A stretch of DNA of 64,000 bases from Eledone cirrhosa. Taxonomy: Eukaryota. This document shows positions 52,740 to 64,000 of the stretch, piece by piece; the first letter of the stretch is position 1, and each line of letters begins with the position of its first letter. The DNA lies in assembly GCA_964016885.1 (NCBI GenBank), contig OZ024745.1:60574001-60638000 (forward strand), written 5' to 3'. A program made the translations under genes and the position numbers. The notes below the pieces were generated by a model. The model saw nothing but the letters and a program-made list of their open reading frames with translations, had not been told where the DNA came from and made no database searches.

Positions 52740-53012
52740 AAAGCAATGGGTGTCCCTTAATCAGATCTACACAACACATGCCAGGTTAGCCAATCATTTC
52801 CATCAATGGAAAATGAAAGATAGCTCAGCATGTGACTGTGAGGAGCCTGACCAGACAGTACAGCATGTTGTTTGGGATTGCTTTCTTAGACGTTTACTTA
52901 GTGACCTGGAGGCTATCCATAATGCTATAAATGACACCATGATCTGGCTCGCTGGTCTCGATCTGCCCGATCTAGCTATTGAGCATATGTCATGTGACAA
53001 GAAGAAGAAGGG
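52740..53012 (+). mobile_element. 3' end of an I/Ingi-group-like LINE (CCHC knuckle)
   Basis: WVSLNQI...W...SACDCEEPDQTVQHVVWDC...WLAGLDL followed by a (GAA)n tail. Confidence 0.6.
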
Positions 53013-54855
53013 TGTTTGAAAAAAATGATTTATGGTATTTGTTCTGATACTCAGTGACTGACAGATAGTTTTAACAATTGGAAGGTCATTAGAAACATAG
53101 TTTCTTGGCTTGTTTTCTTTTTTTGTGTGTATGTGTGTGTGTCTGAATTCAGAGTGTATGAATATTGATTTAGCCTTTTATTCCATCAGAATAGATAAAG
53201 TAAATAACAGTAATATAGTGATCATCATCATCATCATCATCCAGTTTTTGATTATGCAGGATACAATTAATCCCTAAATATGGGTGGGTCCTACCTGACA
53301 ACACTCCTTAGCATTCCGCTCCATGTGTTTCTGTCCACCAGTCTCAATTGGGCCAGGCCAAGCCTAGCTTGATCCCAACAGACATCCTTCATCCAAGTCC
53401 TTTTTGATCTTCCTGGGCCTCTAGTGATGAGGTAACAAATTGGCAGAATCATTAGAATCTCACATAAAATGCTTTGTGGTATTCACTCTGGCTCTCTGTG
53501 CTTTCTGAGTTCAAACTCCACTAAGGTCAACTTTGCCTTTCATCCATTCAAAGTCAATATGAAAAAAATATCAGTCAAATGCTGAGGCTGGTTATTCCTT
53601 TACATGTATAACTCACTTGTCTCTCACTCTTCTTCTCTGGAAGAAATCGGCTGTGTTCAGACCTGAAGATGAGATTGGCTCTACAATGTTGAAAGTGCCC
53701 ACGACATGTATGTCACAACAGTGCCCCTATGACCCCATCACAATTTACATAATATAGTGATAACGTTTTTTTTAATTCTAAGAATACTTAATGAAGTGCT
53801 CCTTTATACTGAGTTTTAGATAAAAATACTGCTGGTTGTAACCATCTTCAGTAGCCCATGGAAGGATTCTTCAAAATAACAAGATAATGCAATGCTTTCA
53901 CTGTTTACATTGTCAACTGTACCTTGTATTGTATTTTTGAAAAGTCTGAGTTATAAAATATTGGTGCATTTTGAGTTGGTATATACACTCTGTATTCTCA
54001 CTATAGGACCTGTTTATGGTGACCTCTCTATTGTGACCTCTTTATTGTGAAAAATATTCTATTACTATCTGTTTTTCAATAAAATTGATTTTATTTTTAC
54101 AAGACATTATCAATATTTGTCAGGAAGATGGTTTAGTAATTCCCCTGTAGTACATTATTTATAAATATAAATGAATGTCAAATTAAATACTAACAAGATT
54201 TTAGATAACATCGGCCCAGAGGAAATAAAAAATTAACAAGGCATTTAATATAACAGTAACATCTTGTGTCATTCTATGCTTTGTTGGATGGTAGATTTGT
54301 GGAATTGGTAGACCATTAGATAAAATGGCATTGCAGCATTTGTTCTGACTCTTTATATTCTGAGTTCAAATCTTGCCACAGTCAACTCAACCTTTCATTC
54401 TTCCAAGGTTGATAAAGTAAAGTTTAGTTCAGTACTCAATTCTTCCTCAATATTTCTTTCTCGCCTCCTCTTTACCTGCCAGGTTTAATATTGATAGTGT
54501 GTTGGATAAAATGCCACTATAGTATTTGTTCTGGCTCTTTACATTCTGAGTTCAAATGCAACCGAGGTCAACTTTGTCGTTCATCATGGAAGTATTGCCA
54601 AGAAGTATATTCTTGTTGCGGACCTTGGAAAGGCATATGACTGTGTTCCTCAGGATCTTCTGTGGAAGGTTGTGCAGGTGCAAGATGGTTGGATAACATC
54701 CATGAGCTTGGCTGGTCTTGCTTGGGGATCCAGCTGGACCAGTTGGAGGCGGTTGCTTCTAACAGGACCTGGTGGAAGTATTGTCTGAGGACTCTGCCCC
54801 CATGCCACTCGCAGAAATAAGTGGGTGAAAAGAGGAAGAAGAAGGTCTAATAACA

Positions 54856-55235
54856 TACTCTCAGGTTCCAAATAATATGGAGTGGGGTGGGATAATAAGC
54901 AGGGGGGGGGGGGGTAATTTTCTTGGGTTGTCTCCATTGATTTTTTAAAAGCCAGAATTAGTTGTTTAGTTTACATATTGAGACCCCAACCCATCCTATT
55001 TATTTTATAACGTATGGGATTTCTTGTAATATACTTTTTATGTCATGTATAAAGAAAATCAATTGTCACTGGAATGTTAACACTTAAAATAAAGTTTCAC
55101 AGGAGATAGATTAGCAAAACTTAACGAGCGGGGGGGGGGGGATAAGAGCGGGGAGGGGGGTATAAGAGCGGGGAGGGGTTCTGAAAAATTAATAAGCGGA
55201 GGTTGGGTGGAATGATTATTCGAGCCCCGAGAGTA
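54856..55235. mobile_element. MITE with ~21-bp imperfect TIRs
   Basis: TACTCTCAGGTTCCAAATAAT ... ATTATTCGAGCCCCGAGAGTA; subterminal ATAAG(A)GCGGGG repeats. Confidence 0.6.
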
Positions 55236-55579
55236 GTTTTAAATGATATAAGAGGTTGAAGCCTTTATTATAATAAACAAGGATTTTCCAACAATGTTAT
55301 ACGCACATAGTAAAATTACGAATATGAAATTAATGTATGCGTCGCTGTTGAGTTGTCTATGGGATCCACGGTGTATGGCACTAACACCATAACCCAAATC
55401 TACTTATTTGTACTGTTTGTATAGACTGATAGATAGTTCAAGGAAAAGAAAGTTCGTGTAAAAGATATACGCTTTACTGTAAATGATAAGGAGGAAAACA
55501 CTTAATAATGATTCTGTGAAGAGTAGTCTCCCCTGTTACCCAAACTAACTATCATTTTTATGTATCTGGGCTTTAATGA

Positions 55580-56730
55580 TAGTTAATTGGCAGTTTTGGT
55601 AGAGCGTCGGATAAAATACCATTCCAGTATTTGTTTTGCCTCTTTACACTCTGAGTTCAAATCCCTCCGAGGTCTACTTTACCTTTCATTCTTCCGGGGT
55701 CGAAATAGTAAAATGAAATACCAGTCTACTTTGCTATTCCCCCAAAATTTGCTGGACTTGTGCCGAAATTATATTCTAAATAATATATTTTGATTTAGAC
55801 ACGATCCCAACAATTTTGGGGGAGGGAAAAGTCGATTAAATCGATCCCAGTGCGTGACTGGTACTTTATTTTATCAACCCCGTAAAGATGAAAGGCAAAG
55901 CTAACTTCGGCGGGATTTGAACTCAGAACGTAAAGGGCCGTAACTCTATACCGCGAAGCGGGGTGTTCGACGCTCTAGCGATACGGTTTCTTTCCAGTGA
56001 CTATGTTGAAAAATAAACCTCATTTGGTTATCCCATGAGAGAATCTTGGTCAGCCTATGAACTTTTCAGCTGGCCCACGTATACTGTTTTTCCGACTCCT
56101 AGATATTACAACATTATTATCTCCCCTGAACCAGTCAGCTCACTCTATAGATCTCTTTCTCTCTTTCCTTATCGCAACTGTACTTTCTCCTAAAGGCAGC
56201 ACATAACAGTTTATTAAATTATTCGGTAAGGATGAAAGGCAAAGTCAATCCCGCCGAGGTTGACTTTGCCTTTCATCCTTACGGGGTCGATAAAATAAAG
56301 TACCAGTAATGCACTGGGTGATTGCTGGCCTTGTGCCTAAAGTAGAAACAATTAAATTATTCGGTAAATATTTTATATTCTTTTATTAGTTTCCCGGTAG
56401 GGCAGAGTGGATTAGCCGAGTTGTTAGAGCGTCGGACAAAATACTTTGCGGCATTTATTTATGGCTCTTTACATTCTGAGTTCAAATCCCGCCTAGATCA
56501 ACTCTGTCTTTTATCTTTCCGAGGTCGAATAAATAAAGTACCAACCAGCTACTGACGTTGATATAATCTACTCGGACGCCATGCTTTCCAGCATAGTTAC
56601 GTCCCTTTACGATCTGAGTTCAAATCCCGCCGAGGTTGACTTTGCCTTTCATCCTTACGGGGTCGATGAAATAAAGTACCAGTAATGCTCTGGGTAATTG
56701 CTAGCCTTGTGCCAAAAGTAGAAACCATTA
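55580..56730. mobile_element. Cluster of SINE family B copies of different ages, both strands
   Basis: Repeated CTGAGTTCAAAT..GAGGT..ACTTTGCCTTTCATCC motif at ~55650, 55900 (-), 56250, 56480 and 56620. Confidence 0.8.
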
Positions 56731-57109
56731 TTGCTTCCTGTAGTGCTATCTCTTGTATGGTAGTTGCCGGAGGAGGACGGCTGCTTTCGATGTTCATTTA
56801 ATCGTAGAGTCGTGCACTATCAGCATCGAAATCGAGTGGCTTTACTTTACGGCGACAGTGGCTGCACACCATTGGTAGGATCCGTTGAGGACATTTGTGG
56901 TGTTGTGTTGTGAACATTACGTTTCCATAATCAAGATACTTTGGTGTGATAACGGCTTCGGGCTCGATCGTAGATCGATCATCAGTAGCTCCTTGTCCAT
57001 ACCCGTTAACTTAATTGTGGATGTTGGATCTTCGTCGTTTCCGACGATGACTGCTCCAGCTGATTCAATCAGCAGAACATCCTTCTCGTGAAATTAACGT
57101 TTAAATGCT

Positions 57110-57350
57110 TAAGCATTCAACAGATATGTACACAAATATCGTAGTTCTCAGGGAGATTCAGCATGATACAATATGTGATGAGGCTGGTCCATTGAATTAC
57201 AGGTACAACTCATTTTTGTCAGCTGAGTCGACTGGAACAACATGAAAATAAAGCGTCTTGCTCAAGGACACAACACGCACCACCCGGTTATGAAATCGAA
57301 CTCTTAGCCCTACAATCACGAGCAGGATACTTTAACCAGTAAGCCACGTG
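57110..57350 (-). mobile_element. CORE-like tRNA SINE related to family A, with a different tail
   Basis: Reverse complement CACGTGGCTTACTGGTTAAAG...GAGTTCGATT...TCCTTGAGCAAGACGCTT. Confidence 0.7.
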
Positions 57351-58258
57351 AGATAAATACTATCACAAGATAGTGCTCATGAGCAATTAATTTATTAGAT
57401 GTTTCGTCAGTTTAGTGCACTGAGTTTAGTAGCGTAGCCAGGAAGGGGCTCCGCCTCAGGTGACACTTCTATGGGGGCGGCGTTTTTTTTTAATCTATTG
57501 TATATATTTCAATATGTGGGGCGTCGGCAAATTCAAGGGCTAGCCCTAGCGGCACACACTCTAGCCACGCCAATGGCTGGGTTCATGTGTCATGTGCATC
57601 CTGCCAGAATAAGGTTCAGAGATGATGCATCTATTGAATGGTGTACGGCAAAAAATTCTTAATTAATTGAAATGTCTGTTGGAGAAAAGAAACAACACCA
57701 ACTTGACGGTTTGGTTACTATTTCTGTAACCAGGCTAAGTAACCTTGGCAGCAAATATTAGGATACAAAATGGTTATCTGTCTGTCAATAGTTCTTCTTT
57801 ACTCTAAGAGTTTCCCATGACCACAAAAAAAGGAGATAATTTTGGAAGACACAAGGGAAGGGTGAAAGATAGATAGAGTAGCAGGAAAAGAGAAAGATAT
57901 ATATATATTTATATATAGAGAGAGAGAGCAAGGGTGTGCGTATGTTTGTGTGTGTGTCCTATAGTTTACTGGCTAGGGGACGTTGGAAGCTAACATCTGT
58001 CTGTCCCGTGGGAGTGTTGGTTTGTGTATCAATGAACTTTTCCAAGTTGTAAGTATATATATCCGGTGACCCCTCAGCGGGGAGAATTACTTTAATACAA
58101 GCTTTCCATCAACATGTCAACCCCTATTAACAACAACCCCTGTTCTTTGTCCTTATTTCGGAGAGTACCCTTTAATTTCTTTACAAACTTTAGAAATTTC
58201 TCCCTAAAAAATCCTATCACCATCATTATCATTATTATCATTATTATTTCCCAGTTAT

Positions 58259-58677
58259 CATAGTTGTTGTAGTTGTTGATGATGATGATGGTGATGGTGA
58301 TGGTGAAGAAGACGATATGAGGATGATGATGATGTTGATGGGGACGATAATGTTGATGATGCTGATAGTGATGTTGATGGAGATGATGATGATGATGATG
58401 ATGATGATGAGGGTGATGTGGATGATGACAATGATGATGATGATGATGATAATGATGATGAGGGTGATGTGGATGATGATGATGATGATGATGAAGATGT
58501 TGTTGATGATGATGATGAAGATGGTGATGTTGTTGTGGACGTTATTTTACGACTGATTCCTATTGTAAAATGTTTTGACATTTACTGTGACCAGTTGTTT
58601 CTTTAACTATCCAAGCACGTTTCAAATCTGTTTAGTGTAATCTCAACATAGCTCTGTGTGTGTGTGTGTGTGTGTTT

Positions 58678-58711
<34 letters not shown>

Positions 58712-58990
58712 TTGTGTGTGTGTTTGTGTGAATGAGTGTGCTTGTGTGTGTTTACGTGTGTGTGTATCTATGTGTGAGTTTGCATGCGTGTTTGCGGCGT
58801 GTGTGTGTGTGTGTGTGTATGTATGCTTGCGTGTGTCTGTGTGCACGTGTGTGTATGTGTGAGTTTGTGTGTGCTTGCGTGTGTGTGTATATATGTATAT
58901 ATGTATGTATGTGTGTGTATGCTTGCGTGTGAGTGTGTGTGTGTGTGTGTGTGTCCTGTGCCTGTATATATGCGCACACATGTGTAGGCA
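58259..58990. repeat. (GAT)n then (TG)n simple repeats
   Basis: Directly visible at 58259-58540 and 58654-58990. Confidence 0.95.
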
Positions 58991-59139
58991 TTCACAGCCA
59001 TACATACACACAGACATATACACGCACTCATAACTATCAGTGCTCGTGTTTGTGAGTATTTTATTGCGTTGACGAGACACACGGTCGGCAAACCTTGAAA
59101 TAAACGTCACCGTAGAAACAGATACGTACGTATGTATGA

Positions 59140-59438
59140 CCCTATGAAGGGCGAGCATTGGAAGTCATCAGAGACACGGGGACACTGTCAACTGTGTATT
59201 GTATGGCATTTCTGTTTGTGGGGAGTGTGGAAAAGAGTGTGCCTCAGTTGGTGGACTGAAGCGTCTTTTGAAAGTGCACCAAAACAGGACCATAACACCT
59301 ACTGTGAGAGACCTCCATTGTTGTAACATCTGTGCAAGAGTGTGCAAGTCCCTAGCAAGGTTAAAACGCCACGTCCGTGCTGCTCATGCTTAGGTATCTA
59401 GCGATGGCATTACTCGAAATCGAGTTGCAACCATCATA
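59140..59438 (+). mobile_element. LINE 3' end remnant with two C2H2-like fingers
   Basis: CGECGKEC..GLKRLLKVH and CNICARVCKSLARLKRHVRAAH then stop; no TGEKP linker; short 3' hairpin ACTCGAAATCGAGT shared with 1378-1412. Confidence 0.55.
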
Positions 59439-59524
59439 TTTCTGATGTAAACCCTATGACTTGATGGCAGCCAATGCTGTTAGTGCCCTAGCGTGTGGTT
59501 AGCCCACCGTGAATGAGAGACCCC

Positions 59525-62340
59525 TAGTTATTGTTAAGGTATAGTGTCGGATGCCATGCTTTGGCGCATAGAGTTACGGCCCTTGCCATTCTGAGTTCAA
59601 ATCCCGCCGAGGTTAACTTTGCCTTTCATCCTTACGGGGTCGATAAAATAAAGTACCAGTAATACACTGAGTAATTGCTGGCCTTGTGCCTAACGTAGAA
59701 ACAGTTATTGTTAAGGTATCATTCTAGAAGGAAAACTCTTTTGTAAAAGCTGTGACTAGATGACAGCCAATGATGTTGATGGGTTTTACCTTTAGGATAC
59801 CTGTCACCGTTGTTCAGGGAGTGAAGTTGGTCCAATTCAAGGCATTTATTCACTTATAAAAGCCCAAGCACAGGCATCACTTGATCTAAATGACTTTCAC
59901 GTGCGTTGCGTGTGGATGGCCTCCTTTTTCTTTCGCTGCAGTATGTGCAGAAAGAAATCTAGGTTCTTGGCGGGACTGAAAGGTCATGTTCGTGCCACCT
60001 GTGTATGGGGAAAAGGTCAAGTGATGCCGATTCTCTAAATTGAGATGCAGTGGATTGGCAGTGTCGGCAGAGGGCCGGACGCCATGCTTTGACGCATTGA
60101 GTGACGGCCCTTGCCATTCTGAGTTCAAATCCCGCCGAGGTTAACTTTGCCTTTCATCCTTACGGGGTCGATAAAATAAAGTACCAGTAATACACTGGGG
60201 TAATAGCTGGCCTTGTGCCAAAAGTAGAAACAATTATTATATCTTCCGATGAAGTCGTAGGGGCACCGAAGTGGCAAACAGCGTGTCTTGGGCATTTTAA
60301 ATCTGGTGAAGAGAGTAAGTGGGAGGATGAAATATAGAGAAAAAATCCACCCCGGTACTTGACTGATACTGTTTTTAATCGACCTCGAAAGAATGAAAGG
60401 CAAAATTAACCTTGGTGGGATTTGAAATCAGAGCGCAGAAAGCCGGAACTAGTACCGCAAAGTAATCTATCCGACTTTTTAACGACTCTGCTAATTCATT
60501 GTCTGTCGAGAGAGATATACAGCTAAAAGAAGAAAAAATACATATTTGAAAGTTGAACAAAATTATTTAACATGCTGCAGCATGGCTTCAACCATAGCAC
60601 AGAAACAAAGCCAGGAATTTTGAGGCAAGAGGAAATCGGTTATATTGAACCCAGTACTTAACTGGTACTTTATTTTAACGAAAGATAAAGTTGACCTCGG
60701 TGGGATTCTAACCCTGTATGTAAAGATCCAGGAAAATTACTGCAAAGTATTGTTCCCGACGCTCTGACGACTCTGCGAATCTAATGCCCTCGAAACTAGT
60801 AAAATAATATAACATCATAATTCTTTCTAACATTGACTCATCACCAGCAGTATGGGAAGGGAAGGTTGATTTAATTGACCCCAGTACTTAACTAGTACTT
60901 TATTTTATCGACCTTCATAAGGATGAAAGGCAAAGTTGACTTTGACGGAATTTGAACTTAAGCCGGAACAAATCTCGCAAAGCATTTTGTCCGACGCTCT
61001 ACTGATTCTGCTAGTCCACTGCCTTCATATAACACATAATTGTTTCTAATTTAGGTACAAGGCCAACAATTTGGGGGAAAGGAAAAGTCTATTGGATCAA
61101 CTTCAGTTCTTAACTGATGAACCCCACAGAGCCACACTTACCTTGACCACCAGGAGTGAGTGTCCTCTCTCAACTATTGTTGTTTGACTTGCAGCTACAA
61201 GCCGAGATTACTCCCATGCACTCTTAACATTTTTGCTGTAAGGATGGAGAGCACCCTTCCTTTTTCTACCCTCACCTTCCTGTAACTTGAAAAAGTCGAT
61301 GAGAGTTTGACCGAAGAGGGGCTACCAATGAATTGTTTAAAAAATATTTATTATCAAATAGCATTTACTAACCAATCCACACGGGTTTGTGGCACACTTG
61401 TTATGGTCATCATGATTTGGTATATAGCGACTTAACTTCGCTATCACTTGCGGCAATGCTGCGTGTGTTGGCTCTCCCTAAAACTTTATTAGAGAGAAAC
61501 TCCAGCATCTCTTGTGGTGACGTGTGATTGAGTGTGTGACTCTTCTCCAACCCTTTAGAACGCCGGCCACTGTGCTTTACGGCATAGAGTTACGGCCCTT
61601 CACATTCTGAGTTCAAATCCCGTTCAAATCATCATGAAAAAAAGGACCCCAAAACGGTAAGAAATGACGCAAAATGAGATTTTACATAATGAAAGCTATA
61701 CCCATTTTCACAAGAGAAGACATCTCTCACCCACCCCAAAGTGGGTGGTGGGAGATCTCCCCGTCTGAACGGGGAGAGTTGACAGGTCTGATGATCCTGA
61801 ATTTTTTTTTATCTCATATATATATATAGACAGTCTATAGGAATAGGAAACCATAGGTAGCAATTTGTTCCGTGTATGAACATAAATAAATAATTGTTTC
61901 TACTTTAGGCACAAGGCCAGCAATTAACCAGTTCATTACTGGTACTTTATTTTATCGAATGGTTTTTTATATAGGCACAAGGCCAGCAATTTTTGGGGGA
62001 GGGGAAAGTCGATTAAATCGACTCCAGTGCGTGACAGGTACTTTATTTTATCGACCCCGAAAGGATGAAAGGCAAAGTAACCTCGGCGGGATTTGAACTC
62101 AGATCATAAAGGGCCGTAACTCTATGCTGCAAAGCATGGCGTGCAACCATCTACCGGTACCAATCCACCAATCCACCGCCCTTGAACATAAATAAATAAT
62201 TGTTTCTACTTTTGGCACAAGGCCAGCAATTATCCCAATGTATTACAGGTACTTTATTTTATCGACCCAGTAAGGATGAAAGACAAAGTTAACCTCGGCG
62301 GGATTCGAACTCAGAATGGCAAGGGCCGTAACTATGTGTC
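59525..62340. mobile_element. Dense cluster of SINE family B copies
   Basis: Copies at ~59545, 60050, 60350, 60650, 60880, 61570, 61890, 61970 and 62195. The 59545 copy is flanked by a 17-bp TSD AGTTATTGTTAAGGTAT. Confidence 0.82.
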
Positions 62341-62526
62341 AAAATATAATATAATGTGTGTTGTGTGTGTGTGTGTGTGTTATCGCTAGAGTTTTACACT
62401 CACTCATAACAGATACAGATTTAAACTTATTTATCGTAACCTTGACATTAAAAATTTGATTCAAAGTACAATTGTTGACAGAAACTCTCACGTACGCATG
62501 AACTGATATATATATATATATATATG

Positions 62527-62573
<47 letters not shown>

Positions 62574-62655
62574 ATCTCCGCAATTTTAAACACACACATA
62601 CACCCACACACGTATCCCCGCAGTTTTACACACTCACACACACGTATCTCCGCAG

Positions 62656-62744
<89 letters not shown>

Positions 62745-62859
62745 TCACCGCAATTTTACATATACACACTTAAATGGGAATTTTCCATGTTGAAATTGCC
62801 AGGATTGTTTCAGTTGATAGAAGTTTTTCCGACCTCGCCATACTTAGAATGCGAGATTT

Positions 62860-62914
<55 letters not shown>

Positions 62915-62916
<2 letters not shown>

Positions 62917-63376
62917 GGTTAACCTTAGAGGTGGCAACAAAAAACACTGCAATTGCCGTAAACCTAACAACTGTCCACTCCAAGGCTACTGCTTGATTAG
63001 AAACGTAATTTATAGATGCACAGTTACAAGTTTTAATAGTGTTAAGTCATACATAGGAGCTACTTCTGGGGAGTTCAAGACTAGATTTCGAGCGCATCTC
63101 CGCTCTTTTAGGAATAGGAAGCTTAGATACTCTACTTCCTTCGCTAATTATATTACCCAATTAACTGACTCCAACATTAACTACACCACACAATGGGTAA
63201 TTGTGAACCAAGCAACACCTTATAATTTCATAAAAAGCTGCCAGCTCTGGTTAAAGGAACTATATTATATAGTGCAAGCACCCCAGGAACTCATAAACAG
63301 TCGGGCCGAAACAGTCATCAATTGCGGCCACCGACTGCAACAATCATTCTACAGATGGACCCCAGCAACCGAATAA
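62915..63376 (+). mobile_element. Naiad-like PLE GIY-YIG endonuclease C-terminal fragment, 5'-truncated at (TG)n
   Basis: CNCRKPNNCPLQGYCLIRNVIYRCTV...YIGATSGEFKTRFRAH..SF...W.IV..A.PY...CQL.LKE...NSRAE...CGH. Confidence 0.85.
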
Positions 63377-64000
63377 CCACTATAATACCTGAGGCTCTCA
63401 ACACCGCACCCTGGCCTGACCTGCCGGCGGTAGGTTTACCATTATACAGCGTGGAATAACACCATCATCTACCTACTGTTTTCCCACCAGGATGCTGCAC
63501 AGCACCTATTCAGTGGGGTCCACCCCGCTATATTCTTCCACTTGGCCGGACCAGGTTTAAGTAATCTTATGAACTTGCTGCCTGAACCCGAGTAACTTCT
63601 TAGATGAATTGATCACATGAACATACAACTTCGATCCAAATTGGCATTATTTTTCTAGGCCTTCAAATTCGCATCCAACGTGTCCCGTTACATTAGGTAT
63701 ACCCGTGTGCAGTGTTTAACGACTTTACCAATAGTCTATCATATTCACACCTAAACACGGCATGATTTATACTGAGTTGACCAACCCGCATATGTTAATT
63801 CCTTTTAAATAAAAAAAAAATGTTTCCCCATAGCTGGTATTGGTCATAAGTAATGCAGTAACTTTCAAAGGGTACCGGTAATTACCCCCCTTAACGAATT
63901 ATATCCCTTTCATCGGTGTTTATACCCATAACATCTAAAATCGCAATTCATAGCGATGTGATATTATTATACCCTCTCAGGGCTTTGTAATTATGGACTT

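Noticed and set aside
58258-59158. Poly-Ser/Met/Asp and HT/CV-rich ORFs
   Set aside because: Translations of (GAT)n and (TG)n repeats.
59199-59393. Exon of a host C2H2 zinc-finger gene
   Set aside because: No TGEKP linker, the first finger lacks a His, and a LINE-type 3' hairpin follows; better explained as a LINE C-terminus.

Overview
Eukaryotic, AT-rich, almost entirely repetitive DNA; the huge (TA)n/(TATACA)n tracts, tRNA-derived SINEs and RTE LINEs suggest an invertebrate, plausibly an octopus (inference). The only clear host gene is an intronless linker histone H1 (36133-36666, -). The main element is an apparently intact ~11.9 kb RTE-clade LINE (13941-25836, -). Its 1039-aa ORF has APE endonuclease, RT and a PHD-like finger, and its 5' end carries ~20 near-identical ~412-bp tandem monomers with a 6-unit higher-order repeat. 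The (TA)n tracts are also seeded with Penelope-like element (PLE) ends: three GIY-YIG fragments, about nine type I hammerhead-ribozyme motifs with plausible stems, and at least six long fold-back palindromes. Also present: truncated RTEs, two SINE families (one with a tail mosaic of two RTE subfamilies), CRE-like LINE remnants (one with twin-priming geometry), Merlin, Helitron-like and MITE pieces, an LTR+PBS remnant and a 31-bp satellite. The many YI-rich ORFs in the ORF track are microsatellite artefacts. All alignments and RNA folds were done by eye.
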